From the NCBI RefSeq assembly GCF_016863335.1, contig NZ_BOOR01000055.1, positions 70,855 through 94,854 of the forward strand: a DNA stretch of 24,000 bases. Reading direction: 5' to 3'. The position numbers were made by a program, and so were the translations under genes. Shown one piece after another: positions 17,160 through 23,873 of the stretch. Within the stretch, counting starts at the first letter, position 1. Each line of letters begins with the position of its first letter. The stretch is from Planotetraspora thailandica (lineage in GTDB: Bacteria; Actinomycetota; Actinomycetes; Streptosporangiales; Streptosporangiaceae). The notes beneath the pieces were generated by a model. It was not told the DNA's origin. It ran no database searches and saw only the letters and a program-made list of their open reading frames with translations.

Positions 17160-18302
17160 GTGAGGCTGGTGGTGCAGGTGAAGCTCCTGCCGACGCCCGA
17201 GCAGGCGGCGGCGTTGGAGACCACGCTGCGTGCCGCCAACAAGGCCGCCGACTTCGTTTCGCGGGTCGCCTTCCAGCAGCGGTGTTTCCGTAACTTCGAC
17301 CTGCGTAAGCACACCTACGAGCAGGTCAAGACCGCCTACGGGCTGGCCGCGCAGGCCGCCCAGCACGTGATCAAGAAGGTCTGCGACGCCTATCGCACCC
17401 TGCATGCCAACCTGGCCGCCCGACACCTGGGCAAGCCAGGATCGGCGCGGCGGGTCAAGGCTGAAAGCAAACCGATCTCCTTCCGCCCTGCGGCGGCCCA
17501 GCCGTACGACGACCGGTGCCTGTCGTGGCAGCACGGAGACCGGACGGTGTCGATCTGGACGATTGCCGGGCGGCTGCGCGGTATCGCGTTCACCGGCTCG
17601 GCCCAGCAGTTGGCGCTGCTGGCCAAGCACCGTAAGGGTGAGTCTGATCTGGTGTGGCGGGAGGGCATGTGGTTCCTGCACGCCACCGTCGAGGTGGCGG
17701 ATGTCTCGATCACCGCGCCGGACGGGTTCCTCGGGGTGGATCTGGGCATCGCCAACATCGCTACCATCTCCGATGGGGTCCGGCACAGTGGCAAGGGCGT
17801 GAACGCGGTCCGGCATAGGCACCGTGAGCTGCGCCGCCGCTTGCAGGCCAAGGCCACCAGGTCGGCCAGGCGGCTGCTGAAACGGCGCCGTCGTAAGGAG
17901 GCCCGCTTCGCTGCGGACGTCAACCACAGCATCGCCAAGCAGATCGTGACCGTGGCAGAACGCACCGGGCAAGGGATCGCCCTGGAAGACCTTAAGGGCA
18001 TCCGCGACCGGGTACGGCTGCGCAAGCCCCAGCGGGTCACGCTGCATTCGTGGAGCTTCCACCAGCTGGGAGCCTTCATCGGCTACAAGGCGGCCCGGGC
18101 CGGGGTCGCCGTGGTCCACGTGGATCCGTCCTACACCTCCCAGCAATGCTCGCACTGCGGGCACGTGGACAAGAACAACCGGCCCGACCAGGAAACCTTC
18201 GCCTGTACGTCGTGCGGCTTCGCTGAGCACGCCGACGTCAACGCAGCCCGCAACATCGCCTCACGCGGTGAGGCGGGCTGGGCAGTGAGTCACGCTGCCT
18301 GA
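17160..18302 (+). CDS. tnpB: TnpB, the IS200/IS605-family RNA-guided DNA endonuclease (OrfB_IS605 plus zinc ribbon)
   Basis: GTG 17160 gives VRLVVQVKLLPTPEQAAALETTL..., matching the usual N-terminus of actinobacterial TnpB proteins; ATG 17133 and track start 17064 are alternatives. A RuvC-like triad is suggested by GVDLGIANIAT (D), IALEDLKG (E) and HADVNAARNIA (D). The zinc ribbon is CSHCG...CTSCG. There are no internal stops or frameshifts. Confidence 0.9.
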   Translation: MRLVVQVKLLPTPEQAAALETTLRAANKAADFVSRVAFQQRCFRNFDLRKHTYEQVKTAYGLAAQAAQHVIKKVCDAYRTLHANLAARHLGKPGSARRVKAESKPISFRPAAAQPYDDRCLSWQHGDRTVSIWTIAGRLRGIAFTGSAQQLALLAKHRKGESDLVWREGMWFLHATVEVADVSITAPDGFLGVDLGIANIATISDGVRHSGKGVNAVRHRHRELRRRLQAKATRSARRLLKRRRRKEARFAADVNHSIAKQIVTVAERTGQGIALEDLKGIRDRVRLRKPQRVTLHSWSFHQLGAFIGYKAARAGVAVVHVDPSYTSQQCSHCGHVDKNNRPDQETFACTSCGFAEHADVNAARNIASRGEAGWAVSHAA

Positions 18303-18380
18303 CGCGGACCGGACCGTCGACGCCATCGACGGCGAGGAGCTGCAAGCTCGGTCGTTTACGGCCGAGAAGCTGACAGTTTG
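18150..18380 (+). ncRNA. Candidate omega-RNA (reRNA) scaffold overlapping the tnpB 3' end and the right end; extent is a guess
   Basis: Inferred by analogy with characterised TnpB systems, where the guide RNA derives from the tnpB 3' end plus RE, with the guide read from flanking DNA. The only direct sequence support is the RE hairpin at 18347-18366. The 5' boundary cannot be seen in the sequence. Confidence 0.3.
18347..18366 (+). repeat. Right-end (RE) subterminal hairpin of the IS200/IS605 element
   Basis: CTCGGTCG-TTTA-CGGCCGAG has the same architecture as the LE hairpin: an 8-bp stem, a wobble pair at position 6 and a TTTA loop. It is preceded by CATCGACGGCGAGGA (18324-18338). Confidence 0.75.
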
Positions 18381-18841
18381 CGGCTGAGGACCGGGTCGGG
18401 GTGGTCCTCGAAACCGAGGCTCCGGTAGAGCCCCTGGCCGTCGGGGCTGGCGTTGAGATCCACCCGGCGCAGGCCGCGGCCCTCGAACCACGCGAGGAGA
18501 TCCTCCATGATCGCCCGGGCGTACCCCCGCTTGCGGTACGCCGGGTCGGTGACGACGCCGAAGACGTGACCGATCAGCCCGCCCGGGTTGTACGGCGTCG
18601 GCAGCCGCCGGTCGACGGCCCCGATCCCGCAGGCGGCCAGGCCCGTCTCGCCGTCGACGACGGCGATCCGCACACCCGTGTCGGCGACCTGCTCGGCCAG
18701 TGCCACCCTGCAGCGTTCCTCCCAGTCGTCCGCGCCGAGCGAGGCGGGTCCCCACACCGCGGCGAGATCGGAGAACAGCAGCACGCGGAGCCGTATCAGT
18801 TCGGCGACGTCATGGGGAGTTGCGGGACGCACGAGGACCAT
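18356..18841 (-). CDS. GNAT-family N-acetyltransferase; its 3' end runs into the IS right end
   Basis: ATG 18841 gives MVLVRPATPHDVAELIRLRV.... The GNAT motif-A region is GVVTDPAYRKRGYARAIMEDLLAWFEGRG...LYRSLGFE. The track start 18913 adds an Arg/Pro-rich extension that is probably not real. The stop TAA is the complement of 18356-18358, inside the RE hairpin loop. Confidence 0.85.
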   Translation of the reverse strand: MVLVRPATPHDVAELIRLRVLLFSDLAAVWGPASLGADDWEERCRVALAEQVADTGVRIAVVDGETGLAACGIGAVDRRLPTPYNPGGLIGHVFGVVTDPAYRKRGYARAIMEDLLAWFEGRGLRRVDLNASPDGQGLYRSLGFEDHPDPVLSRKLSASRP

Positions 18842-18914
18842 GGCCGGGAGCCTACGGCCACGCTCGCCCGTCCAGCGAGGCACCCCGTGCGGCCGCGGAC
18901 TGCTCCCGGGCACG

Positions 18915-19250
18915 TCACCGCCCGGGTCCGGCGTCGAACCGGCTGCACCCGCACGAGCAGGTCCCGGCCGGAGGGTCCGCCCAGTACAAGGCGACGAACG
19001 GCTCCGCGGACGAGGGATGATGCACCCGCTCCCGGGTGACGCGGTAGGACGCGGTGCTGTCCGGCTCCTCAGGAGAGCGGCGTGGCACCGGCACCGTGAG
19101 GAGGCCGATGTCCTGCTCGACGCGGGTGAGCATGCCGTGGCAGGGGCCGCCCAGGCAGATGGCGTTGTGAGAAGGTCTTGCCGGCTGCGGCGTGCGTGCC
19201 GCCTGCCCGCGGTCCGGCGAGGTGGCCGGTGACGTGGCCGGTGAGGTCAT
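18915..19250 (-). CDS. Small hypothetical protein (about 111 aa) with an N-terminal TSPA tandem repeat and Cys residues
   Basis: ATG 19250 gives MTSPATSPATSPDRGQ...ICLGGPCHGMLTRVEQDIGLLTVPVP...YRVTRERV...FVALYW...CSCGC. The upstream in-frame ATG 19367 is possible. I recognise no family. The coding call rests on ORF length, composition and its position upstream of the GNAT gene on the same strand. Confidence 0.5.
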   Translation of the reverse strand: MTSPATSPATSPDRGQAARTPQPARPSHNAICLGGPCHGMLTRVEQDIGLLTVPVPRRSPEEPDSTASYRVTRERVHHPSSAEPFVALYWADPPAGTCSCGCSRFDAGPGR

Positions 19251-19448
19251 GTCGTTCACGCGCACGGGGTCGCTCGGCGCGTCCGCCCGTCGAAGGGGCA
19301 AGGCCGGAAACGTGGTCACCAATTCACCATACGCTCGCAGATTCCGGCCCCATGAGTGCACTGGCATCGCATCGGCATGCTGGCCCGACGGTTAGGCATT
19401 GCACATGCGGGAGCGCGCCGCGCTGGCCGGTTCTCGTAGGGTCGTGCC

Positions 19449-19943
19449 ATGAGTGAACCGGCGTCTTTCGCGGCGTTCGTCGCCTCCGTTCCCCGGTTCC
19501 GGGCAGGGGCGGGAGCCCTTCTTCGGGACGAGCGCGGGCGGGTTCTGCTCGTCCATCCGGTCTACAAGGACACCTGGGAGATCCCCGGCGGGCTGGTCGA
19601 GGCCGGAGAGTCTCCGCTCGCGGCGCTCGTCCGCGAGCTAGAAGAGGAACTGTCGATCACACCGTCGCCCGCGCGGCTGGCGTGCGTCGACTGGGCGCCA
19701 CCGAAGCCGCCGTGGGACGCCGGGCTGATGTTCGTCTTCGACGCGGGAACGCTCAGCGCATCCCAGATCGACCAGATCCGCCTCCCGCCGGGAGAACTCG
19801 ACCAGCACCTTTTCGCCCCTCCCGCCGACCTCGACGGCATTCTGCCTCCGTCATTGGCCAGGAGGATGCGGACGGCCATCGCGGCGGCCGACGCCGGAGT
19901 CACCCTCTACGCGGAGGACGGCGTCGCCCGCAGCCTTCCGTGA
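19449..19943 (+). CDS. NUDIX hydrolase
   Basis: 164 aa with the Nudix box GGLVEAGESPLAALVRELEEELSI (GX5EX7REUXEEXGU). Confidence 0.9.
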   Translation: MSEPASFAAFVASVPRFRAGAGALLRDERGRVLLVHPVYKDTWEIPGGLVEAGESPLAALVRELEEELSITPSPARLACVDWAPPKPPWDAGLMFVFDAGTLSASQIDQIRLPPGELDQHLFAPPADLDGILPPSLARRMRTAIAAADAGVTLYAEDGVARSLP

Positions 19944-19952
19944 CGGCGCTCG

Positions 19953-19990
19953 CGCGAAGGGCCGCGGGCAGCACGCCCGCGGCCCTCGCG
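19953..19990. terminator. Bidirectional terminator hairpin between the convergent NUDIX and phoX genes
   Basis: Perfect 11-bp stem GGGCCGCGGGC (19959-19969) / GCCCGCGGCCC (19975-19985) with the 5-nt loop AGCAC, extendable outward with one bulge. Confidence 0.6.
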
Positions 19991-20003
19991 GAACCGGCCC
20001 GGG

Positions 20004-22076
20004 TCAGGAGCCGATCTTCTTGCCCTGCCTGTGCCATGCGACCGCGACGGACGGCCGGGGCTGGGAGGAGCCGCCGTCGGGCCAGTGGCTGAACGGGTTG
20101 TCGGGGGTCGCGCCGGTGATCTCACCCGGGTGCTGCACGGCGACGAACACGCTCAGCTGATCGGGGGTGATCAGCGGCCCGCAGGTCTCCGCGCCGTACG
20201 GAACGGTCAGGAACTGGCGCACGCGACCGCGCTCGGGGCCGGACAACGGCATCGCGAAGAGGCCGTCGTTCTTCTTGAGCGCGTTGCCGTCCGTCGAGAT
20301 CCACAGATTGCCCTCGGCGTCGAAGGTGACGTTGTCGGGGCAGGAGATGGGGGAGACCTTGCTCTTGTCGTAGCCCGCGAAGTACGTCGAGGGGTCGGCG
20401 GGGTCGCCGCAGACGAGAGGGATCGACCAGGCGAACGTCGTCGCGCCCGCGTCGTTCCAGCGCTCCACGATCTCCAGGATGTGGCCGTGCATGTTGGCGC
20501 TCCGCGGGTTGGCCTCGTCGGCCTGGGCCGCGGTGCGGTTGGAGTTGTTGGTCAGCGCGACGTAGACGGCGCCGTTGACCGGGTTGCGCTCGATGTCCTC
20601 GGGGCGGTCCATCTTGGTCGCCCCCACCTTGTCGGCGGCGACGCGGGTGTAGACGAGCACCTCCTGGGCCGTCATGCCCGTGACGTAGGACTTCTTGCCG
20701 CTGACCAGCGGGATCCAGGTGCCCGAGCCGTCGAAAGCGCGGTCCTTCGGCAGCGTGCCGGAACCGTCGATCTCGGCAGCCGGGCTGTCGCCGGTGAACT
20801 TGGCGACGTACAGCGTGCCCTCGTCGAGCAGGTCACGGTTGTGCCGGTCGTAGCCCGGGATGTAGCGGTCCTTCGACACGAACTTGTAGATGTACTCGAA
20901 CCGGCCGTCGTCGCCCATGTAGACGACCACTCGGCCGTCGCGGGCGAGCGTGGTGGTGGCGCCCTCGTGCGCGAACCTGCCCAGGGCGGTGCGCTTGACC
21001 GGCGTGGAGTGGGGGTCGAACGGGTCGACCTCCACGATCCAGCCGAACCGGTTGATCTCCTGCGGGTGCTTGGCGAGATCGAACCGCTCCTCGACCCGGT
21101 CGAAGCGCCGGTTGCCGCTCGGGATGGACGTGGTGGTGCTGACGCCGTACCGGGCGAGGTAGGTCTTCTGCGCCTCGGGCACGCCGTCTCCGCCGACGAA
21201 GTACTGGTTCCAGTTCTCCTCGCCGCTCAGGACGGTCTGCCACGGGGTCGTGCCCCCCGCGCAGTTGTTGAGCGTGCCGTAGACCGTGGTGCCGTGCTTG
21301 TCGGCCGCCGTCTTGAGCAGCGCCGAGCCCGCCGCGGGCCCGGTGAAGACCATCCGGGTCTGCGCGGTGATACGGCGGTTGTACTTGCGGCGTCCGTGGG
21401 TGACGAGCTTCCACTGGCCGGTGCGCCCGGCCCGCTCCACCTCCACGATGGAGCCGCCGTGCGCCGCGAGACCGATCTTGATCTGCTCCAGCGGGGCGGT
21501 GTCCCCGCTGGTCCAGCCGCGGAACATGAGGTTCTCGTCCGTGTATTCGTGGTTGACCCAGAGCAGGCCGCGGTCGCGGCCCAGGGGGAAGAACGTCACG
21601 AAGTCGCAGTTATAGCCGAACTGCTTGGCCTGCGCCGCGGCCGTCTGCCGGTTGAAGTCGAACTTCGGCGCGTCGGGAAGCACCGGGTCGCCCCAGCGCA
21701 CCACGACAGAGGACGCATATCCGGCCGCGACGGTGAGCGCGTCCGCGGAATTAGGTGCGACCGCGGTGAATCCGAGTCCGCCCCGGCGCCCGGTGGCCGG
21801 GGTGTGGCCGGTGCCGGCCACGGCCGGAAAGGCCCCCGCGACGCCGGCGGTCGCGACGAGCGTGCCGAGCGCCCCCGCACGGAGGGCGCCGCGCCGGGAA
21901 AACACGGCGGAGAGAATGTCGCCGAAATACGGATTGTCACTGGTGTTGGGAACGTCGTGCGCACAGGCATTGCCGCAGCGGAACTGGCAGGTCATGGCAT
22001 CGCGGCCGCCCGAGCGTGGAGCGGATAACAGCGGGAGCAACCTTCGGGGAGAAGGGTTCGTCACCGGAGCCTCCAT
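20004..22076 (-). CDS. phoX: PhoX-family (DUF839) secreted phosphatase with a Tat signal
   Basis: 690 aa. The twin-arginine motif is SRRGALRAGALGTLVATAGVAGAFPAVA. DUF839/PhoX-like motifs include LNNCAGGTTPWQTVLSGEENW, MDRPEDIE and CPDNVTFDAEGNLWISTDG. The N-terminal Cys-rich segment is TCQFRCGNACAHDVPNTSDNPYF. Confidence 0.85.
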   Translation of the reverse strand: MEAPVTNPSPRRLLPLLSAPRSGGRDAMTCQFRCGNACAHDVPNTSDNPYFGDILSAVFSRRGALRAGALGTLVATAGVAGAFPAVAGTGHTPATGRRGGLGFTAVAPNSADALTVAAGYASSVVVRWGDPVLPDAPKFDFNRQTAAAQAKQFGYNCDFVTFFPLGRDRGLLWVNHEYTDENLMFRGWTSGDTAPLEQIKIGLAAHGGSIVEVERAGRTGQWKLVTHGRRKYNRRITAQTRMVFTGPAAGSALLKTAADKHGTTVYGTLNNCAGGTTPWQTVLSGEENWNQYFVGGDGVPEAQKTYLARYGVSTTTSIPSGNRRFDRVEERFDLAKHPQEINRFGWIVEVDPFDPHSTPVKRTALGRFAHEGATTTLARDGRVVVYMGDDGRFEYIYKFVSKDRYIPGYDRHNRDLLDEGTLYVAKFTGDSPAAEIDGSGTLPKDRAFDGSGTWIPLVSGKKSYVTGMTAQEVLVYTRVAADKVGATKMDRPEDIERNPVNGAVYVALTNNSNRTAAQADEANPRSANMHGHILEIVERWNDAGATTFAWSIPLVCGDPADPSTYFAGYDKSKVSPISCPDNVTFDAEGNLWISTDGNALKKNDGLFAMPLSGPERGRVRQFLTVPYGAETCGPLITPDQLSVFVAVQHPGEITGATPDNPFSHWPDGGSSQPRPSVAVAWHRQGKKIGS

Positions 22077-22109
22077 GATCGTAGGCGATTGCCTTTCACC
22101 GTATGATGA

Positions 22110-22131
22110 GCCGTCTGAACTCCAGGTGAAT
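22110..22131 (-). promoter_or_regulatory. Candidate PHO box (PhoP binding site): two tandem 11-nt direct repeat units upstream of phoX
   Basis: The minus strand reads ATTCACCTGGA GTTCAGACGGC. These match the Streptomyces DRu consensus G(G/T)TCAYYYR(G/C)G at 9/11 and 8/11 positions. They lie 34-55 nt upstream of the ATG, followed after 6 nt by the -10-like TACGGT. Confidence 0.4.
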
Positions 22132-22298
22132 TGAGCTTTCCTGTTGGGTTAAGCGATTTCCGTAAAGGTTGTGGCCATGATCTCCGGCAAATCGGTCAGC
22201 CACAAATAACGAAAAATCCGATTATGAATCCATGACGGCATGATTCGACAATTCGTCACGAATTATCGACATATTTAGGGCAATTGGGGCTTGGGTCG

Positions 22299-23348
22299 TC
22301 ATGCGCGGTCGGCGAGCGGGCGCCGCCGCAGCGCGACGTCCACCAGGGCGGGGTGCGTCCACGCGCCGTCGGGGTGGTAGACGTCGGTGCCCGGAGGCAC
22401 GATCTCGTCGATGCGGTCCAGCGTCGCGTCGTCCAATGTGAGGGACGCGCCATCCAGAAGGGATTCCAGCTGCTCCATGGTGCGCGGGCCGATGATGACC
22501 GAGGTTACGGCCGGATGCGCCACGGGGAAGGCGACCGCGAGCTGGGGGAGTGAGCACCCGATCTCCGTGGCGAGCGCGGCGAGCTGCTCGGCTATGTCGA
22601 GCTTGGCCACGTTGACCGGAAGGGCCGGGTCGAAGCGGCCCGGGTTGAGCAAGGCCCGGCCGGTGGTCAGGTCGACGGGCAGGCTCGTGCGGTTCCTGCC
22701 GGTGAGGAAGCCCGAGGCCAGCGGCCCCCAGGTCAGCACGCCCATGCCGTACCGCGCGCAGGTGGGCAGCACGGAGGCTTCGACGCCCCGGGCGAGGATC
22801 GAGTACGGCGGCTGCTCGGTGCGGAAACGCTGGAGGCCGCGGCGCTCGGAGACATGATGCGCCTCGGCGATCTCTTCTGCGGGGAACGTCGAGCAGCCGA
22901 AGGCCCGGATCTTCCCCTGGCTCACCAGGTCGGTGAGCGCGGACAGGGTCTCCTCGATGTCCGTGGTGTGGTCGGGACGGTGCACCTGGTAGAGGTCGAT
23001 CCAGTCGGTGCGCAGCCGCCGCAGGCTGTCCTCCACCGCGGTGACGATCCAGCGCCTGCTGTTGCCGCCCCTGTTGACGCCCTCGCCCATCGGGAAGTGC
23101 ACCTTGGTCGCCAGCACCACCTCGTCGCGTCGTCCGTACAACGCCTTGCCGACGATCTCCTCGGACTCGCCGGCCGAGTACATGTCCGCGGTGTCGACGA
23201 AGTTGACGCCGCCGTCCAGCGCGGCGTGCACGATGCGCGCGCACTCGTCGTGGTCGGGATTGCCGACCGCGCCGAACATCATGGTGCCGAGGCAGTGCAC
23301 GCTGACCTTCATGCCGGTACGGCCGAGGACGCGATAGTGCATGATCAT
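22299..23348 (-). CDS. Aldo/keto reductase (NADP-dependent oxidoreductase)
   Basis: 349 aa. MHYRVLGRTGMKVSVHCLGTMMFG and GVNFVDTADMYSAGESEEIVGKAL are typical AKR N-terminal motifs. The gene is divergent from a MerR regulator. Confidence 0.92.
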   Translation of the reverse strand: MIMHYRVLGRTGMKVSVHCLGTMMFGAVGNPDHDECARIVHAALDGGVNFVDTADMYSAGESEEIVGKALYGRRDEVVLATKVHFPMGEGVNRGGNSRRWIVTAVEDSLRRLRTDWIDLYQVHRPDHTTDIEETLSALTDLVSQGKIRAFGCSTFPAEEIAEAHHVSERRGLQRFRTEQPPYSILARGVEASVLPTCARYGMGVLTWGPLASGFLTGRNRTSLPVDLTTGRALLNPGRFDPALPVNVAKLDIAEQLAALATEIGCSLPQLAVAFPVAHPAVTSVIIGPRTMEQLESLLDGASLTLDDATLDRIDEIVPPGTDVYHPDGAWTHPALVDVALRRRPLADRA

Positions 23349-23441
23349 GCTCCTTGGGGACGGTCTTCCAGACCGGGGTCGCTGACGCGCGGCAGCCTAG
23401 GAGCTCGACTCGACTCTAGATCAAGCCTCATCCTTATCGAC

Positions 23442-23855
23442 ATGACGGACAATTCGACCACTATGACCATCGGTGAGGTTGCGGCGCGCACCGGCCTGAG
23501 CGTCCACACGCTGCGTTTCTATGAGCGTGAAGGCATCCTGGCCGACCCGGTGCGGCGCGACGCGGGAGGGAGGCGCGTCTACACCGAAAACGACATCGAG
23601 TGGCTCAACCTGTGCGTCATCCTGCGGACCTCCGGCATGCCCGTTCCTGAGATCCGCCGCTACACCGAGCTGGCCAGACAGGGCGACGGCACCGAGGGTG
23701 AGCGCCTGGCCCTCCTGCGCGAGCACCACGCCAGGGTCACCGCGCAGATCGGCGACCTGCACCGTTGCCTCGACCTGATCACCTACAAGATCGGAATCTA
23801 CGAGGACTTCTTCGACGAAGCCGAACGCGAGCACGCCGGCGCCCTCACGCCGTGA
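23442..23855 (+). CDS. MerR-family transcriptional regulator
   Basis: The track ORF 22854..23855 is a run-on antisense to the AKR. The real start is ATG 23442 (MTDNSTTMTIGEVAARTGLSVHTLRFYEREGIL, a MerR HTH), followed by a coiled-coil dimerisation helix. Confidence 0.9.
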   Translation: MTDNSTTMTIGEVAARTGLSVHTLRFYEREGILADPVRRDAGGRRVYTENDIEWLNLCVILRTSGMPVPEIRRYTELARQGDGTEGERLALLREHHARVTAQIGDLHRCLDLITYKIGIYEDFFDEAEREHAGALTP

Positions 23856-23873
23856 CGCTCCGCCCGACGGACC

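Larger units (their letters stand above)
16630..18380 (+). mobile_element. IS200/IS605-family insertion sequence (divergent tnpA pseudogene plus tnpB); boundaries approximate to within about 15 nt
   Basis: It contains Y1-transposase (HUH) remnants and a TnpB ORF. Matched, same-orientation subterminal hairpins lie at 16652-16671 and 18347-18366, each preceded by a CATCGA...CGAGGA motif. There are no terminal inverted repeats, as expected for this family. Confidence 0.85.

Noticed and set aside
16992-18230. 412-aa minus-strand ORF overlapping tnpB
   Set aside because: Most of it is an antisense shadow of tnpB. Only its last ~20 residues (…IRRGRSAIHNPHAHLVSRP) are genuine TnpA N-terminal sequence, and these are accounted for in the tnpA pseudogene.
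18356-19250. GNAT plus upstream small protein as a GNAT-toxin / antitoxin (TacT/AtaT-like) pair
   Set aside because: The small protein has no RHH/DUF1778-like features and the genes are 73 nt apart rather than coupled. The GNAT looks like an ordinary acetyltransferase. Nothing supports this beyond gene order.
20031-22028. 665-aa plus-strand ORF opposite phoX
   Set aside because: It is antisense to a gene with clear PhoX/DUF839 motifs and a Tat signal, and its own sequence is low-complexity (R/G/A/V/D).
22854-23441. N-terminal part of track ORF 22854..23855 (333 aa)
   Set aside because: It is antisense to the aldo/keto reductase. The MerR HTH begins right after ATG 23442, which gives a normal 137-aa MerR protein.
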